DNA of 64,000 nt, taken from positions 5,600,001 to 5,664,000 of the forward strand of contig OZ220744.1 in assembly GCA_965116925.1 (NCBI GenBank), in the 5' to 3' direction. Of this stretch, positions 29,734-40,071 are shown piece by piece. Under the pieces are notes generated by a model. It was given only the letters and a program-made list of their open reading frames with translations, was not told the origin of the DNA and ran no database searches. The position numbers and the translations under genes were made by a program. Every line of letters begins with the position of its first letter. Position 1 is the stretch's first letter. This DNA is from Candidatus Poribacteria bacterium. GTDB lineage: Bacteria > Poribacteria > WGA-4E > PCPOR2b.

Positions 29734-29830
29734 CCGTTGGCTGCTTTCATTCGGTCTGTCAAATTAACTGTTTGGTTTTGCCTAAAAATTGCACCCTTCT
29801 GGACTGTCGGTCAATTTTAAGGGTGTTACC

Positions 29831-30933
29831 TCATGCCGGCAACGCTTCTTCATAAAACCGCTGCCAGTTGCGGTACATCACATTGGCAATGTCCTCTTCA
29901 GCATAGCCGCGCCTATCAAGGATATTTGCAATTTTCTGATAATCTGCCACTGTGTCAATTTCGTACGGTGCACCATCGTTGCCCCCCTGACCGTCCGTAT
30001 CCCCGCCGATGGCGGCGTGCTGCGAGTTGCCCGCCAACTGGCAGACGTGATCCATGTGATCTACCAGATGCTCTAGCGTAACCGCCTCTCTTGGGAAGAC
30101 GCTGCGACGTGGTGGAATATCCCCACCCCAATCAATGCCCCCTTCTGCGTAAATCATCCACGTATCCATCGATGCGCCGATAACACCACCGCGTTCAAGG
30201 AGGGCTTTGAGTTGTTCGTCGGAAAACTGTCGCTCGCCGGGTGCTAATGCACGACAGTTCTGGTGGCTTGCCATCACCGGTCCCGAAAATAGATCCAGTG
30301 CCTGCCAAAACGCCTCATCGGCGGTGTGGGTGAGATCGAGAACCATCCCTAACCCATCCATCTCATGTAGTAGGGGTTTGGCCGGTGGCAACAATCCACC
30401 GGGTCTGCCCGTTCCGTGAGAATAGGTGCTGATGCCGTAATGCGCTAAGTTAATTGTGCGCAGTCCGCTCTCCCACCATCGTGGACATGTTCGGGCCAAA
30501 GGATAGGGTCCGCCCCCTCCATGCCGAGAACCATGCCAACTGGCAAATTTTCATAGCTTGTGGCTTCTGACCATGTTTGTATATGTTCGCTGAAGTCCTT
30601 GCGGGTTCTCAAGATACGCGCCTCACCCCTACTCTCCAGAATTCGGTAGTAGGCGAGGTGTGCCTGTGCTGCAGCGTAAGCGACATCGCCACTCCTGTAT
30701 CCCCAGATGGGGCTGTTTTTTCGTTGAATCCGTCCTGATATTTTAACCAACGCCGCTGCAATTTTTCCGCGCCGCATCTCAGGAAGCGAAGCCATTGTTC
30801 CAGAAGCAGGCCACCGGTCTCCCTCCCGCGATCCCGCTTGAACTGCTCGGACCTCCTCAATCGGCAAGGTCAGATCTCGATTCAAATCAATCGCGCCATA
30901 CGCCATCGGATAGTCACCGTCAAAAATTAACAT
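29831..30933 (-). pseudogene. Membrane dipeptidase (M19) gene split by a 1-nt frameshift near 30479
   Basis: N-part MEGADPI and C-part LDLTH/ASHQN/GGDTDG lie in different frames; CAC GA(T) TGG TGG restores HDWW. Confidence 0.8.
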
Positions 30934-31072
30934 GATTTACCTCTACCTTTATCGTAATGGATTGTCAAATAAATTGAGTTGCCACAAAGTAGTAGGCATA
31001 CTCCGTATGCCGTAACCCTTGAATATTTGGAGCAGCGTGTATACCAAGAAACCGCGTTTTGTCGGGGATGAA

Positions 31073-31798
31073 TCAACCACGCAGCTGATACGCAATCGCA
31101 TAGGCACACTTATGAACTCCAGAGTTGTTAGGCTCAGAACGATGCCAGGTGTAATTGGTGAAGAACGCCGCATCTCCCGGCGACATAGGCAACAGCACCT
31201 CCCCGGAAAAATCGATCTCCGCTATCGGAATACGCCATCGCTTGAACGCTTCGCCGCTTCGAGCGTTGTGATAGCTTGGCTCATCGTAGTAGCCCTCGTG
31301 CTCGATTAGCGTCCACGACTGCTGCGTACCGGGCATGATTGCCAAAGCGCACCCATCCACCCCCACCTCATCGAGCGCGATCCACGAATTGCATCCCTGC
31401 TCAGGTGCCAAATGCCAATAGAACGAATCTTGGTGGAAGAACGATTGACCACTAATAGCGCGATGCTTGATCAACGCCTGATCGGTGAAACGTTCCACAG
31501 GACCGCCGAGCAGCTGTTCCATCACGCGCTGCAAGTTTGGGTGATCGGCTATCGCTTTGAAAACATCTTCCTGCATAGCGGGACGTTGCACACCAATCGG
31601 AAGGAAACCGTCCTTCTTATTTCGGAATTTCGACGGATCCAGCACCTGAAAATGGGTGTCGGGCCAATCATGGTCGCCAGTTAGCAGATCCATGAGACGG
31701 TTACGCACACCACAACCCTCTTCGGACGAAATTAACCCACGCACGACGGTGTATCCTTCGGTTCTATATTGCTCTATCTGTTCTTCAGTCAGTTGCAT
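31073..31798 (-). CDS. PhyH family dioxygenase
   Basis: HQD, WIALD, WHRS; ATG 31798. Confidence 0.88.
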   Translation of the reverse strand: MQLTEEQIEQYRTEGYTVVRGLISSEEGCGVRNRLMDLLTGDHDWPDTHFQVLDPSKFRNKKDGFLPIGVQRPAMQEDVFKAIADHPNLQRVMEQLLGGPVERFTDQALIKHRAISGQSFFHQDSFYWHLAPEQGCNSWIALDEVGVDGCALAIMPGTQQSWTLIEHEGYYDEPSYHNARSGEAFKRWRIPIAEIDFSGEVLLPMSPGDAAFFTNYTWHRSEPNNSGVHKCAYAIAYQLRG

Positions 31799-31847
31799 GT
31801 TACCCCCAATTATGCAAGTCGGTTTGAGTCCGATTTTTCCATGTCTT

Positions 31848-32414
31848 TTACACATCATTTTTTATTTTCGCAAATACAAGTGTATCTCGCAATCCCCCGG
31901 CTAGCGAAAGCGAATCATTTCGCAATGTGCCTTCCAATTTGAACCCAAGCCTGTCGGGGATCCGTCGGCTCCTAATGTTTTTCGAGTCACAACGAATTCC
32001 CACCCGTTTCGCCCCAAGGGTCTCAAATGCAAAAGTCGTAATAGCTTCCGTTGACTCAGTGATGTAGCCTTGCCCCTGAAAACGCTTTCGACACCAATAA
32101 CCAATCTCAAATTTGGGGATATCCCAGTTTATCTGATGCAAGCCACTACCCCCTACCAGTGTATTTGTACCTTTAAGAAAAAGAAGCAGCGTCAAATCCT
32201 CCCGCCCCAAAAATTGACACTGTGCACGGCGGACAAAGGCTTCGGATTCCTCCAAAGTAGGCATCTGCTGCGCCCACGGCATCCATATCTTGAGGTCATC
32301 GAAGGTTTCCCGAACGGCAGCGTTTATTTCGGCACCATCCCCTACGCGAGGAGCGCGGATAGTCAATCGGTCTGACTCAAATGATTCTGGAAAATCGAGA
32401 AGCAATGGATCCAT
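31848..32414 (-). CDS. RimJ/RimL family GNAT N-acetyltransferase
   Basis: EIGYW, QGQGYITE, NxxSxxIPxRLGF; start uncertain. Confidence 0.88.
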   Translation of the reverse strand: MDPLLLDFPESFESDRLTIRAPRVGDGAEINAAVRETFDDLKIWMPWAQQMPTLEESEAFVRRAQCQFLGREDLTLLLFLKGTNTLVGGSGLHQINWDIPKFEIGYWCRKRFQGQGYITESTEAITTFAFETLGAKRVGIRCDSKNIRSRRIPDRLGFKLEGTLRNDSLSLAGGLRDTLVFAKIKNDV

Positions 32415-32670
32415 CAAATTTTCTCCGTTCATTTCCAACCCAAATTAAAATGACTATAATCCCCCAAGTTGCTACGCATTGAAAATCTATCGGTTTTCTG
32501 TTAAAACTGAAGGACTCTGCCTTTCGCTCCAGTTTTGAATCCCGATTTATCGGGGAGGAGCGATAGGTCTATAGAAAGACGATAGGGGCAATCATCGTGC
32601 TCCAGAGGAGCACAATGTATAAATCAAAGTATAGCAGATTGCGAGCGGTTACGCCACATGAAAAAATGTG

Positions 32671-32699
32671 TTGACATCCACTTAAAATCGGTATAGATT
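32671..32699 (+). promoter_or_regulatory. sigma70 promoter TTGACA-17-TAGATT
   Basis: Consensus match upstream of the Gfo gene and candidate selenoprotein. Confidence 0.6.
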
Positions 32700-32766
32700 A
32701 TTTAGGTACACAGCAAGTTGAGCATATTACACGAAATAATAAAACAGGGATATTCGGAGGCAAAAA

Positions 32767-33807
32767 ATGAGTGATATGAATGTTGGTATTGTTGGACTGG
32801 GTTGGGTCGCCGGGGCGCATATTGAAACCTTTAAGGCGGTTCAAGGTGGAAACGTTACAGCGATCTGCTCCCGACGCGAACACGATGAAGCGGCATTGGA
32901 AGCAGAGTTTGGCACACCGCTGAAAGCCTATACGGACTATGAGGCGATGATAGCAAATCCAGACATACACATCATAGACATCTGCACCCCCCACCCGTTT
33001 CACGCGGATCAGGCTATCGCCGCTGCAGAAGCAGGGAAACATCTGATCATCGAAAAACCGATCTGCCTGACCTATCAGGACGCCAAACGGGTGCGCGATG
33101 CAATACGAAAAGCAGGCGTGGGTGTATGTGTCTGCTTCGAGTGCCGATACAGCGCACACTTCACGATGATCCGTTCAGTCATTGACGAAGGCTTGCTCGG
33201 CGATCTGCACTACAGCGAGGTGGATTATTATCACGGCATCGGCCCTTGGTACGGTCAATACGACTGGAACATCAAAAAAGACTTCGCCGGCAGCAGCCTG
33301 TTGACAGCAGGTTGCCACGCACTTGATGCCTTGCTGTTCTTCATGGATGAGAAGGTCGAGGAGGTCACCAGCTACCACACGCAATCGACGGGGAAGGATT
33401 TCGTCCCGTATGAATACGAAACCACCAGCGTCACGATTCTCAAGTTTGAGGGTGGGAACAAAATTGCGAAGGTCACTTCCTGTGTGGACTGCCTCCAACC
33501 TTACTACTTCCATATCCATCTGGTCGGCAGCGAAGGCAGCCTGTTAGACAACCGGATCTACTCTGCGAAATTGAAGGGCATGGACAAGAGCCAGTGGAGC
33601 ACGCTTGAAACTTCGCTCATTGATTCGGGGGATGTGAGTGATCATCCGTATGAACCACAGTTCCAAGCGTTTATTGATAGCATCGGTACAGGCGAACCGA
33701 TGCCCCTGACCGATTTCGATACAGCATTTGAATCGCACCGCGTTGTCTTCGCTGCAGACCTCTCGGCAGCAGAAGGACGACCTGTCAAACTGTCCGAATT
33801 CGATTAA
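32767..33807 (+). CDS. Gfo/Idh/MocA family oxidoreductase
   Basis: [27 protein letters not shown]. Confidence 0.92.
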   Translation: MSDMNVGIVGLGWVAGAHIETFKAVQGGNVTAICSRREHDEAALEAEFGTPLKAYTDYEAMIANPDIHIIDICTPHPFHADQAIAAAEAGKHLIIEKPICLTYQDAKRVRDAIRKAGVGVCVCFECRYSAHFTMIRSVIDEGLLGDLHYSEVDYYHGIGPWYGQYDWNIKKDFAGSSLLTAGCHALDALLFFMDEKVEEVTSYHTQSTGKDFVPYEYETTSVTILKFEGGNKIAKVTSCVDCLQPYYFHIHLVGSEGSLLDNRIYSAKLKGMDKSQWSTLETSLIDSGDVSDHPYEPQFQAFIDSIGTGEPMPLTDFDTAFESHRVVFAADLSAAEGRPVKLSEFD

Positions 33808-33819
33808 CGGAAAACTCCT

Positions 33820-34488
33820 ATGTTCATTCGGTATTCACTTCTCTGTTTATTTTTAACAGTGGCGGTCAGCGGCTGGGCGGCTGAGGACAAATTTCAACTC
33901 AAGCCGTTACAGCCGAAACGACCAACCTCCACCGCCCCTACCTGAAGCGCGTGACCCGGCGAAGGGGCACCGCTTCGGGGAAGCGGCATTCAGACCAAAT
34001 GGGCGATATCTCTGCGTTATGTGGATACGGAGAAGGAACGTCCGCGCTGGCGGACAACGTTGAATTACCGATTGATAGACAGACTGCAAGTCGGCATTGA
34101 GTATAATCCTGTGGCTTCGGAAATATCGCCGCTTTTTAGCCTATTCCTGTTCACAGAAACGGATATCCGCCCTGGGCTATTTCTCGGCACAAGCTCCGAC
34201 CGCATCGGCTCTCCCGCGGGCGAACAAGCCTACTTTTTCACTGCTACCAAACGACTACCGTATATCCCACTCTCAGTGTATGGGACTGTGAATTATTCTG
34301 AGTGGGATGATGAACTCAATTTTCCTTTTGGTGCCAGCGTTGACTTTGGCAAAGGTTTTTCTGTGCGTGGGATGTATGATGGAAAAGAGCCTCACCTGAT
34401 GTTCAACTATTTCTATAGACAGCACGGCGTTAGTCTGATGTACGTGTGGTTTGAAACATTTGGATTCGCGATGTCCACGACGTTTTGA
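33820..34488 (+). CDS. Candidate selenoprotein (U-S-A-U) with signal peptide and outer-membrane beta-barrel, 222 aa
   Basis: ATG 33820 gives MFIRYSLLCLFLTVAVSGWAA; in-frame TGA at 33943 and 33952; same frame continues into the 34021-34488 ORF; alternating beta-strands and terminal Phe. Confidence 0.72.
33944..33986 (+). promoter_or_regulatory. Putative bacterial SECIS hairpin(s)
   Basis: CCGCTTC-GGG-GAAGCGG (33970-33986) and alternative stem GAAGCG..GGCGAA..CGCTTC (33944-33976) directly after the UGAs. Confidence 0.55.
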
Positions 34489-34523
34489 CCCGATCTAGTT
34501 GCAGTGATTCGAGAGCTAGCAAT

Positions 34524-34554
34524 AAAAAAGGCGAATGGATAGAACCATTCGCCT
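34524..34554 (-). terminator. Array terminator AGGCGAATGG-loop-CCATTCGCCT + U-tract
   Basis: Hairpin plus T-run on the minus strand after ECF-1. Confidence 0.8.
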
Positions 34555-34582
34555 AATGAATTTTTGGAGATAGATTTGCAGG

Positions 34583-36049
34583 CTAGTGGGGCCACTCTCG
34601 CACCTCCGACATCGCACTGTCATAATCGACCGCTTTGTCATAAACTCGCCAAGCACTATTCTCTTTACGCATCTTAACAAGCTGATATCCGGACGAGATA
34701 AAAATTGATGTCGAATGATCCGATGAAATATTCGGCATCTCCGGTGCCGGTGTTCTCAACCGGAAGTGAAATTCATCGCCTACATATTCGCTGCTCACAA
34801 CCTCCGCCTGACTTATCGTTTCACGGATTGACTCACCCAGCACTGGTTTAAACTGATGTATAATTTCGACGACGTCATCCGGTGCATCATCTGACACATC
34901 TACGGAAATCTCAGAGCCTACGGAAATCTCAGAGCCATCACCATAATAACCATGGTTGCTACGCATGTACTCCTCTGTCCCTAACAAGCTCATTGCCCCA
35001 AAATCAGAATCCCTAAACGCCTCCACGTAAGCATACATCACGTCTTCAGCAGACTGATTTGTGCTTTCTGATGAAACAGATGTGTCAGTAGTGAAATCCC
35101 ACTCTGTGTCTAGATCAAATTCCGTTTCTGTCGCGAATTGTGCCAGATCCGTTTCGTCGAGTTCAGCGTACAAATCGTCAATCAGTTCTTTCTCTTCAGC
35201 AGATGCTGCTGAAGCAATTTGTGGCGGATTATCCCGAACTTCCATATCTTGAGTAGAATCAGCAGTTTGGGCAGCCAAGCCTTCCGGGCTACTTTGTGGG
35301 CGCGCCGTGCCATCTTCCCATGGCGACAGATACACGCGTTCCGCAACTGTGGGTGCATTCAACTGACGTATCCCAATGTAACCGATAAAAATAAGCACAA
35401 TCAGTGCTGCCGCACCAACCGTTATTTTAGATGCCGTTCCAACTTTCATGACAGTTAGACCTCCCGTATAAAGTTTTTTTAGTGTCATTGTGGGAGAAAC
35501 GAAGATGCCTGTCAGAAGGTATTGCAACCGTTTGGAGAGTTGTCGCTTCGCACGCGACAGCCGAAACGCAATTGCGTTGTATGACAGTCCATGCGTACTC
35601 GTCAGTTCATCGTAACTCGCACCCTCCAGATAGAAAGCACGCGCAATGTCCCTGTCTTTCTGCGGAAGCGTCTCCATGGTCCGGCGAATCAATTCCCTCT
35701 GCTCTAACCGTGCCAATCGCTCATCAGGTGAATCCTCCGTTTGCAACAGATGTTCACTCACGTCATCAAGGGATACGGTCTCACCCTGTTGTTTACGGAG
35801 CCAGTTTCGGGCGCGATTTCGCGTAATCTCTGCCAACCAACTTTTGAATTTGGTCGCATCCTCAAGCTGGCTTAACCCTTGATACGCGTTGAGAAAGGCA
35901 TCCTGCACGACCTCTTCAGCATCATGGGAATTGTCCACAACCCCGACAACAATTGCATAAACGAAGGCGTGGTACGACCGCATCAGGTCAGCAAATGCTC
36001 CTTCATCCCCACTTTGGGCACGATAGATAAGCGTATTCTCTTTAGTCAT
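34583..36049 (-). CDS. Membrane-anchored ECF sigma-70 factor with extracytoplasmic C-terminal domain (ECF-1)
   Basis: DAEEVVQD.FL, FKSWL (region 2), HTH region 4, TM helix, acidic linker, NTF2-like C-domain (KMRKENxxWRxYD). Confidence 0.9.
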   Translation of the reverse strand: MTKENTLIYRAQSGDEGAFADLMRSYHAFVYAIVVGVVDNSHDAEEVVQDAFLNAYQGLSQLEDATKFKSWLAEITRNRARNWLRKQQGETVSLDDVSEHLLQTEDSPDERLARLEQRELIRRTMETLPQKDRDIARAFYLEGASYDELTSTHGLSYNAIAFRLSRAKRQLSKRLQYLLTGIFVSPTMTLKKLYTGGLTVMKVGTASKITVGAAALIVLIFIGYIGIRQLNAPTVAERVYLSPWEDGTARPQSSPEGLAAQTADSTQDMEVRDNPPQIASAASAEEKELIDDLYAELDETDLAQFATETEFDLDTEWDFTTDTSVSSESTNQSAEDVMYAYVEAFRDSDFGAMSLLGTEEYMRSNHGYYGDGSEISVGSEISVDVSDDAPDDVVEIIHQFKPVLGESIRETISQAEVVSSEYVGDEFHFRLRTPAPEMPNISSDHSTSIFISSGYQLVKMRKENSAWRVYDKAVDYDSAMSEVREWPH

Positions 36050-36074
36050 AGCACTTCATTCCTCCCTTACACCC

Positions 36075-36111
36075 TACCAAGACACAGTTCCGAGATTTTT
36101 TTTAGCACTTT
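36075..36111 (-). promoter_or_regulatory. Conserved ECF-type promoter motif, copy before ECF-1
   Basis: AAAGTGCTAAAAAAAATCTCGGAACTGTGTCTTGGTA; one of 11 copies. Confidence 0.65.
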
Positions 36112-36167
36112 TTTGTGCTGAGAGATATTTTATCCATTTTTTCGAGAGCAAGCAATAAAAAAGGCGA

Positions 36168-36299
36168 GGTTCATGTAAAAAGAAAGTGCAAAACACGAAG
36201 CGAAATCGTAGGGGCAGGGTCTCCCCGCCCGCCGTAAGGGTTGGGGGACCCAACCCCTACGAATATTCGGTTTCTTTGCACTAAATCTTAACATGAGCG
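36168..36299. mobile_element. MITE family A copy inserted in a terminator, TSD AAAGGCGA
   Basis: Near identical to 23471-23602; exact 8-bp duplication. Confidence 0.88.
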
Positions 36300-36355
36300 A
36301 AAGGCGAATGGACAAAACCATTCGCCTCGTGAAGTCTTGGGGATAGGTTTGCGAT

Positions 36356-37747
36356 CTAGTGAGAGTGGGGCATCTCCGGCAGCTCTGACTGCATCCTGTC
36401 CAAATCGAACACAGTGTCATAAATTAGCCACACCCCATTCTCCTCTCGCATCTTAATAAGCTCGTATGAGGCACCGATAAAAACCGTTATGCCCCGATCC
36501 GAGACAATCGGCGGCCTATCTAATGCCGGTGCTGCTAATTGGAAGTGGAATTCATCGCCGACATATTTGCTGCTCTCAATCTCTGCTTGACTGTTCCTTT
36601 CATACATCAATTCAGCTATCTTGTCGACAATTTCAAGCGGTAGTTCACCAGCATTATCACGGTAGCTATGCCTGTACTCCTCTGTCATTAACGATTCCAG
36701 CGCGTCACTGTCGAAATTTCTATACGCCTCCAAATAAGCATACATTACATCTTCAGCCGATTGACCTATGCTTTCTGATGAGGCAGATATGTCGGTAGTA
36801 AAGTCCGGCTCTGCGTCTAGATCAAAGTCCGTTTCTATTGGGAATTGTGCCATATCTGTTTCGTCGGATTGATCGGAGAAATCGTCAATTGGCTCTATTC
36901 CTGCTGCGGATTCTGCTGTGGTAATTTGTGGCTGAACGCCTCCGCTTTCCGCATCTTGAGTCGTACCAGCTGGGAGTTCTTCAGGGATGTTTCGTGGGCG
37001 TTCAGTGCCATCCTCCCACGGCGACAAATACACACGCTCCTCGACTGTAGGCGCATTCATCCGGCGAACTCCAACGAAACCGATGAAAATGACTGCAATT
37101 AACGCTGCTGCACCAATTGTGACTTTAGGCACCGTTTCAATTTTCATGACGGTTAGCCCCCCCGAATAAATTTTCTTTAGCGTCAGTCCGGGAGAAACGA
37201 AGATACCAGTCAGAAGGTATTGCAACCGTTTGGAGAGTTTCTGCTTGATGCGAAAAAGCCGCAACCCTATTGCGTTGTATGATAGCCCATGCGTGTTAGT
37301 CAGTTCGTCGTAGCTTGCACCCTCCAGATAGAAGGCACGGGCAATCTCCCTGTCCTTTTGTGGAAGCGTCTCCATGGTCCGGCGAATCAACTCTCTCTGC
37401 TCCTGTCGTGTCAGTTGCTCATCAGGAGAATCCTCCGTTTGAAGTATCCCTTCACTCACTTCATTAAGGGGTACGGTCTCGCCCCGCTGTTTTCGGAGCC
37501 ATTGCCGGGCACAGTTTCGCGCAATCTCTGCTAACCAACTCTTGAATTTGGTTGTATCCTCAAGCTGTGTCAACCCTCGATAGGCACTGAGGAAGGTATC
37601 TTGCACCACCTCTTCGGCATCATGGGGATTATTCACACCTCCGATAACAATTGTATAGACAAAGGGATAGTATTCCCGCATTAGGTCGGCAAATGCCCCT
37701 TCATCCCCAGTTTGGGCGCGATAGATGAGCTTATCCTCCTTAGCCAT
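36356..37747 (-). CDS. Membrane-anchored ECF sigma factor (ECF-2)
   Basis: Paralog of ECF-1; ATG 37747 (MAKEDKLI). Confidence 0.9.
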   Translation of the reverse strand: MAKEDKLIYRAQTGDEGAFADLMREYYPFVYTIVIGGVNNPHDAEEVVQDTFLSAYRGLTQLEDTTKFKSWLAEIARNCARQWLRKQRGETVPLNEVSEGILQTEDSPDEQLTRQEQRELIRRTMETLPQKDREIARAFYLEGASYDELTNTHGLSYNAIGLRLFRIKQKLSKRLQYLLTGIFVSPGLTLKKIYSGGLTVMKIETVPKVTIGAAALIAVIFIGFVGVRRMNAPTVEERVYLSPWEDGTERPRNIPEELPAGTTQDAESGGVQPQITTAESAAGIEPIDDFSDQSDETDMAQFPIETDFDLDAEPDFTTDISASSESIGQSAEDVMYAYLEAYRNFDSDALESLMTEEYRHSYRDNAGELPLEIVDKIAELMYERNSQAEIESSKYVGDEFHFQLAAPALDRPPIVSDRGITVFIGASYELIKMREENGVWLIYDTVFDLDRMQSELPEMPHSH

Positions 37748-37771
37748 GACTCTTCGTTCCCCCCAACATCC

Positions 37772-37807
37772 TATCAAAATACAGTTCTGAATTTTTTTCT
37801 AGCACTC
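37772..37807 (-). promoter_or_regulatory. ECF-type promoter motif copy
   Basis: GTGCTAGAAAAAAATTCAGAACTGTATTTTGATA. Confidence 0.6.
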
Positions 37808-37876
37808 TTTCGCATTGAAGCGAAGGGTAGTACAACTCAAGGAAGTTTTCCGTCCCCCGATTGGTGTTTCAAACTG

Positions 37877-38951
37877 TCACTGCCTTTCCAATTTCATACG
37901 TCCCCAAAGGGTGGCCTGATTACTTGACACCTCCACCGACAGAGAAGGATCACGAATCACCCACGTCGGGTCAGTATCTGAACCCGGATCCTCAGTAAGT
38001 TGCGCCCGATTACCCCCGTTGGCATCCATCACATAAATGTCTGGCTGCTGACCAACCTGAAATGCGTGGAACGCAATCCACCTCCCACTGGGAGACCACG
38101 CAGGCGCACGGTCTTCCCATGGGTGGCGGGTCAGGTTCACGACGTCCGCTCCATCCGGGTTCATTACATAGATATCGTCCTGACCCCCGATTGGACTGAA
38201 ACGCTATCTGTGTCCCATCGGGAGACCATGTAGGCGCAGCGTCTAGGGCAGGGTGGTTGGTTAAATTGACCTGCTTTCTACCATTTGAACCCATCACATA
38301 GATCTCCCCATTCCCATCCCGATTGGAAAAGAACACAATTTTTGAACCGTCAGGAGACCAAGAACCAACCTCATCAATTCCCGGCGACCATGTTAAATTT
38401 TTCAACACGATCCCTTCGATATCGATAACACAAACGTCAGTCATACCATCTGGTGACCCATCAGTGCTGGTGAGAGCTAACCGCTTCCCATCGGGAGACC
38501 ATTTTGGCGATAGGTACGTTTGACCACCAAACTGTTTAGTCACCTCTTTGATTTGACGGATTTGATGACGAGGCCCCGAAAATTCAGGAAGAATAACAGG
38601 AGTCTCCAAATATATAAAAGTGACAAATGGGTCCTGTGGATCATGCACATGGTAAGCAATATACTTTCCATCCGGTGACCAAGCAATTGGACCGTATCTA
38701 CGATTACTAAACCGCCAAGGTATTTCAGGTATTTCAAATAGTGGTATGTCAACCGGTATTTCAAATCTGAATCCATCGGCATCAATCAAATAAACTGCCG
38801 TCTGAAAAAGGGGGTCTCGATCTCGATCGGATAAAAACGTGATGGTGCCGGTCCACTTGTCGGCGGCAGCCTGTTTAATAAACAGGCTCCATGAAAGTAG
38901 GAGTATTATGGCACCAAAAATCTTTTGATGCACTGCGAGTTGCTTCAACAT
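37877..38951 (-). pseudogene. PD40/TolB-like beta-propeller gene, frameshifted in a G-run near 38186
   Basis: Paralog of 57217-58296; WSPDG repeats; C-terminal ATLWGRMK in a second frame. Confidence 0.8.
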
Positions 38952-39046
38952 GTATAATCCTCCTTGAATTTGTTTGGCACCCATGCTTAACTATGGTGAA
39001 TTCCAAAAATAAATAGACACTTTCGCCCCTCGGTTTCGATCCCGAT

Positions 39047-39904
39047 TTATCGGGACCGGTAGGTGCGGTTTCCAACCGCACCGGTATGGAAGTTACCCTT
39101 TACCTCTCCCCAAGTGGTCGTGAGTTGCCTTCGGGGCTGCACTGAAAGAGCCTCGTATTGAACCTCAAAATCATCGAAGTGGACACGGTTCCCCCTTCCT
39201 GACGACAGGTAAATTCCCCCTGCCGTGTAGGTATCGTCAAGAAAATCTAGCATTTTTGTGTCATCAATAAAGCATTGAAACCGATTCCCTTTGGCAATAA
39301 CCTTCAACCGATACCACTTGTGCAGCTTGAAATCAAATTCCCGAAATGCGAGTAGGTTGTCCCCTAAAAAGATTGTCGGGAATCCGTCTTTTGTCACAGA
39401 AACCTTCATAAGTTGAATGGTCGCTGCAAGACCTCCTCTTATATCGTGATTATTATTACCTAGGACGAACCTGTAAGATCGCTTGTCCAGAAGTTGAATC
39501 GCCTTGTTCTTCTCGTCTCTCTCCATCCCCTCGGTCCTCTCAAAATATTCAGTGAGCAGCTCAACGTGGTGCGGATCCAGTGGATCCATATGAGCGCGCA
39601 GCCCAATGGCTGCACCATCGCTACTATTCCTAGCTAGCTTGCTGATTTTTAGGGACACCGACACCTCGTAGTCGCTTGCGATTATACCATCAGGCACGAT
39701 GATAACCTCCGACTCAAGCTGCACTTCATCCACCACTTTAGGAGAACCGAGAACCAATTCACCATTTTCAATACCACCATCTTCAGCACCTTGCAAAAAC
39801 GTCCATCCCTGTAAGTCCCCATCGTTAAAATTATCGCGAAATATCTCTGCCCATGCTGATGACACAAACAAAGTAAGTGTCAACATAACTATTGTATGCT
39901 TCAT
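39047..39904 (-). CDS. Secreted LamG/DUF1080-like beta-sandwich protein with TTTWGEVK motif
   Basis: Signal peptide, FRDNFNDG, WYRLKVIAKG, VHFDDFEV, LSVQP..LTTTWG. Confidence 0.75.
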   Translation of the reverse strand: MKHTIVMLTLTLFVSSAWAEIFRDNFNDGDLQGWTFLQGAEDGGIENGELVLGSPKVVDEVQLESEVIIVPDGIIASDYEVSVSLKISKLARNSSDGAAIGLRAHMDPLDPHHVELLTEYFERTEGMERDEKNKAIQLLDKRSYRFVLGNNNHDIRGGLAATIQLMKVSVTKDGFPTIFLGDNLLAFREFDFKLHKWYRLKVIAKGNRFQCFIDDTKMLDFLDDTYTAGGIYLSSGRGNRVHFDDFEVQYEALSVQPRRQLTTTWGEVKGNFHTGAVGNRTYRSR

Positions 39905-40071
39905 GAGATATCTCCTTTCTTTTCTGCTATAAGTCAATTTAGAGTTTGTGTCTAAGTTCAACCCTTATGAATCTCTTACAGCGGCGCTTTTCACATGTCG
40001 CTTGAATCCATCAGGATAACCCTTATAAATTGCCCTCTCTATGTTCTCAATGAATCTCTTACAGCGTACTA

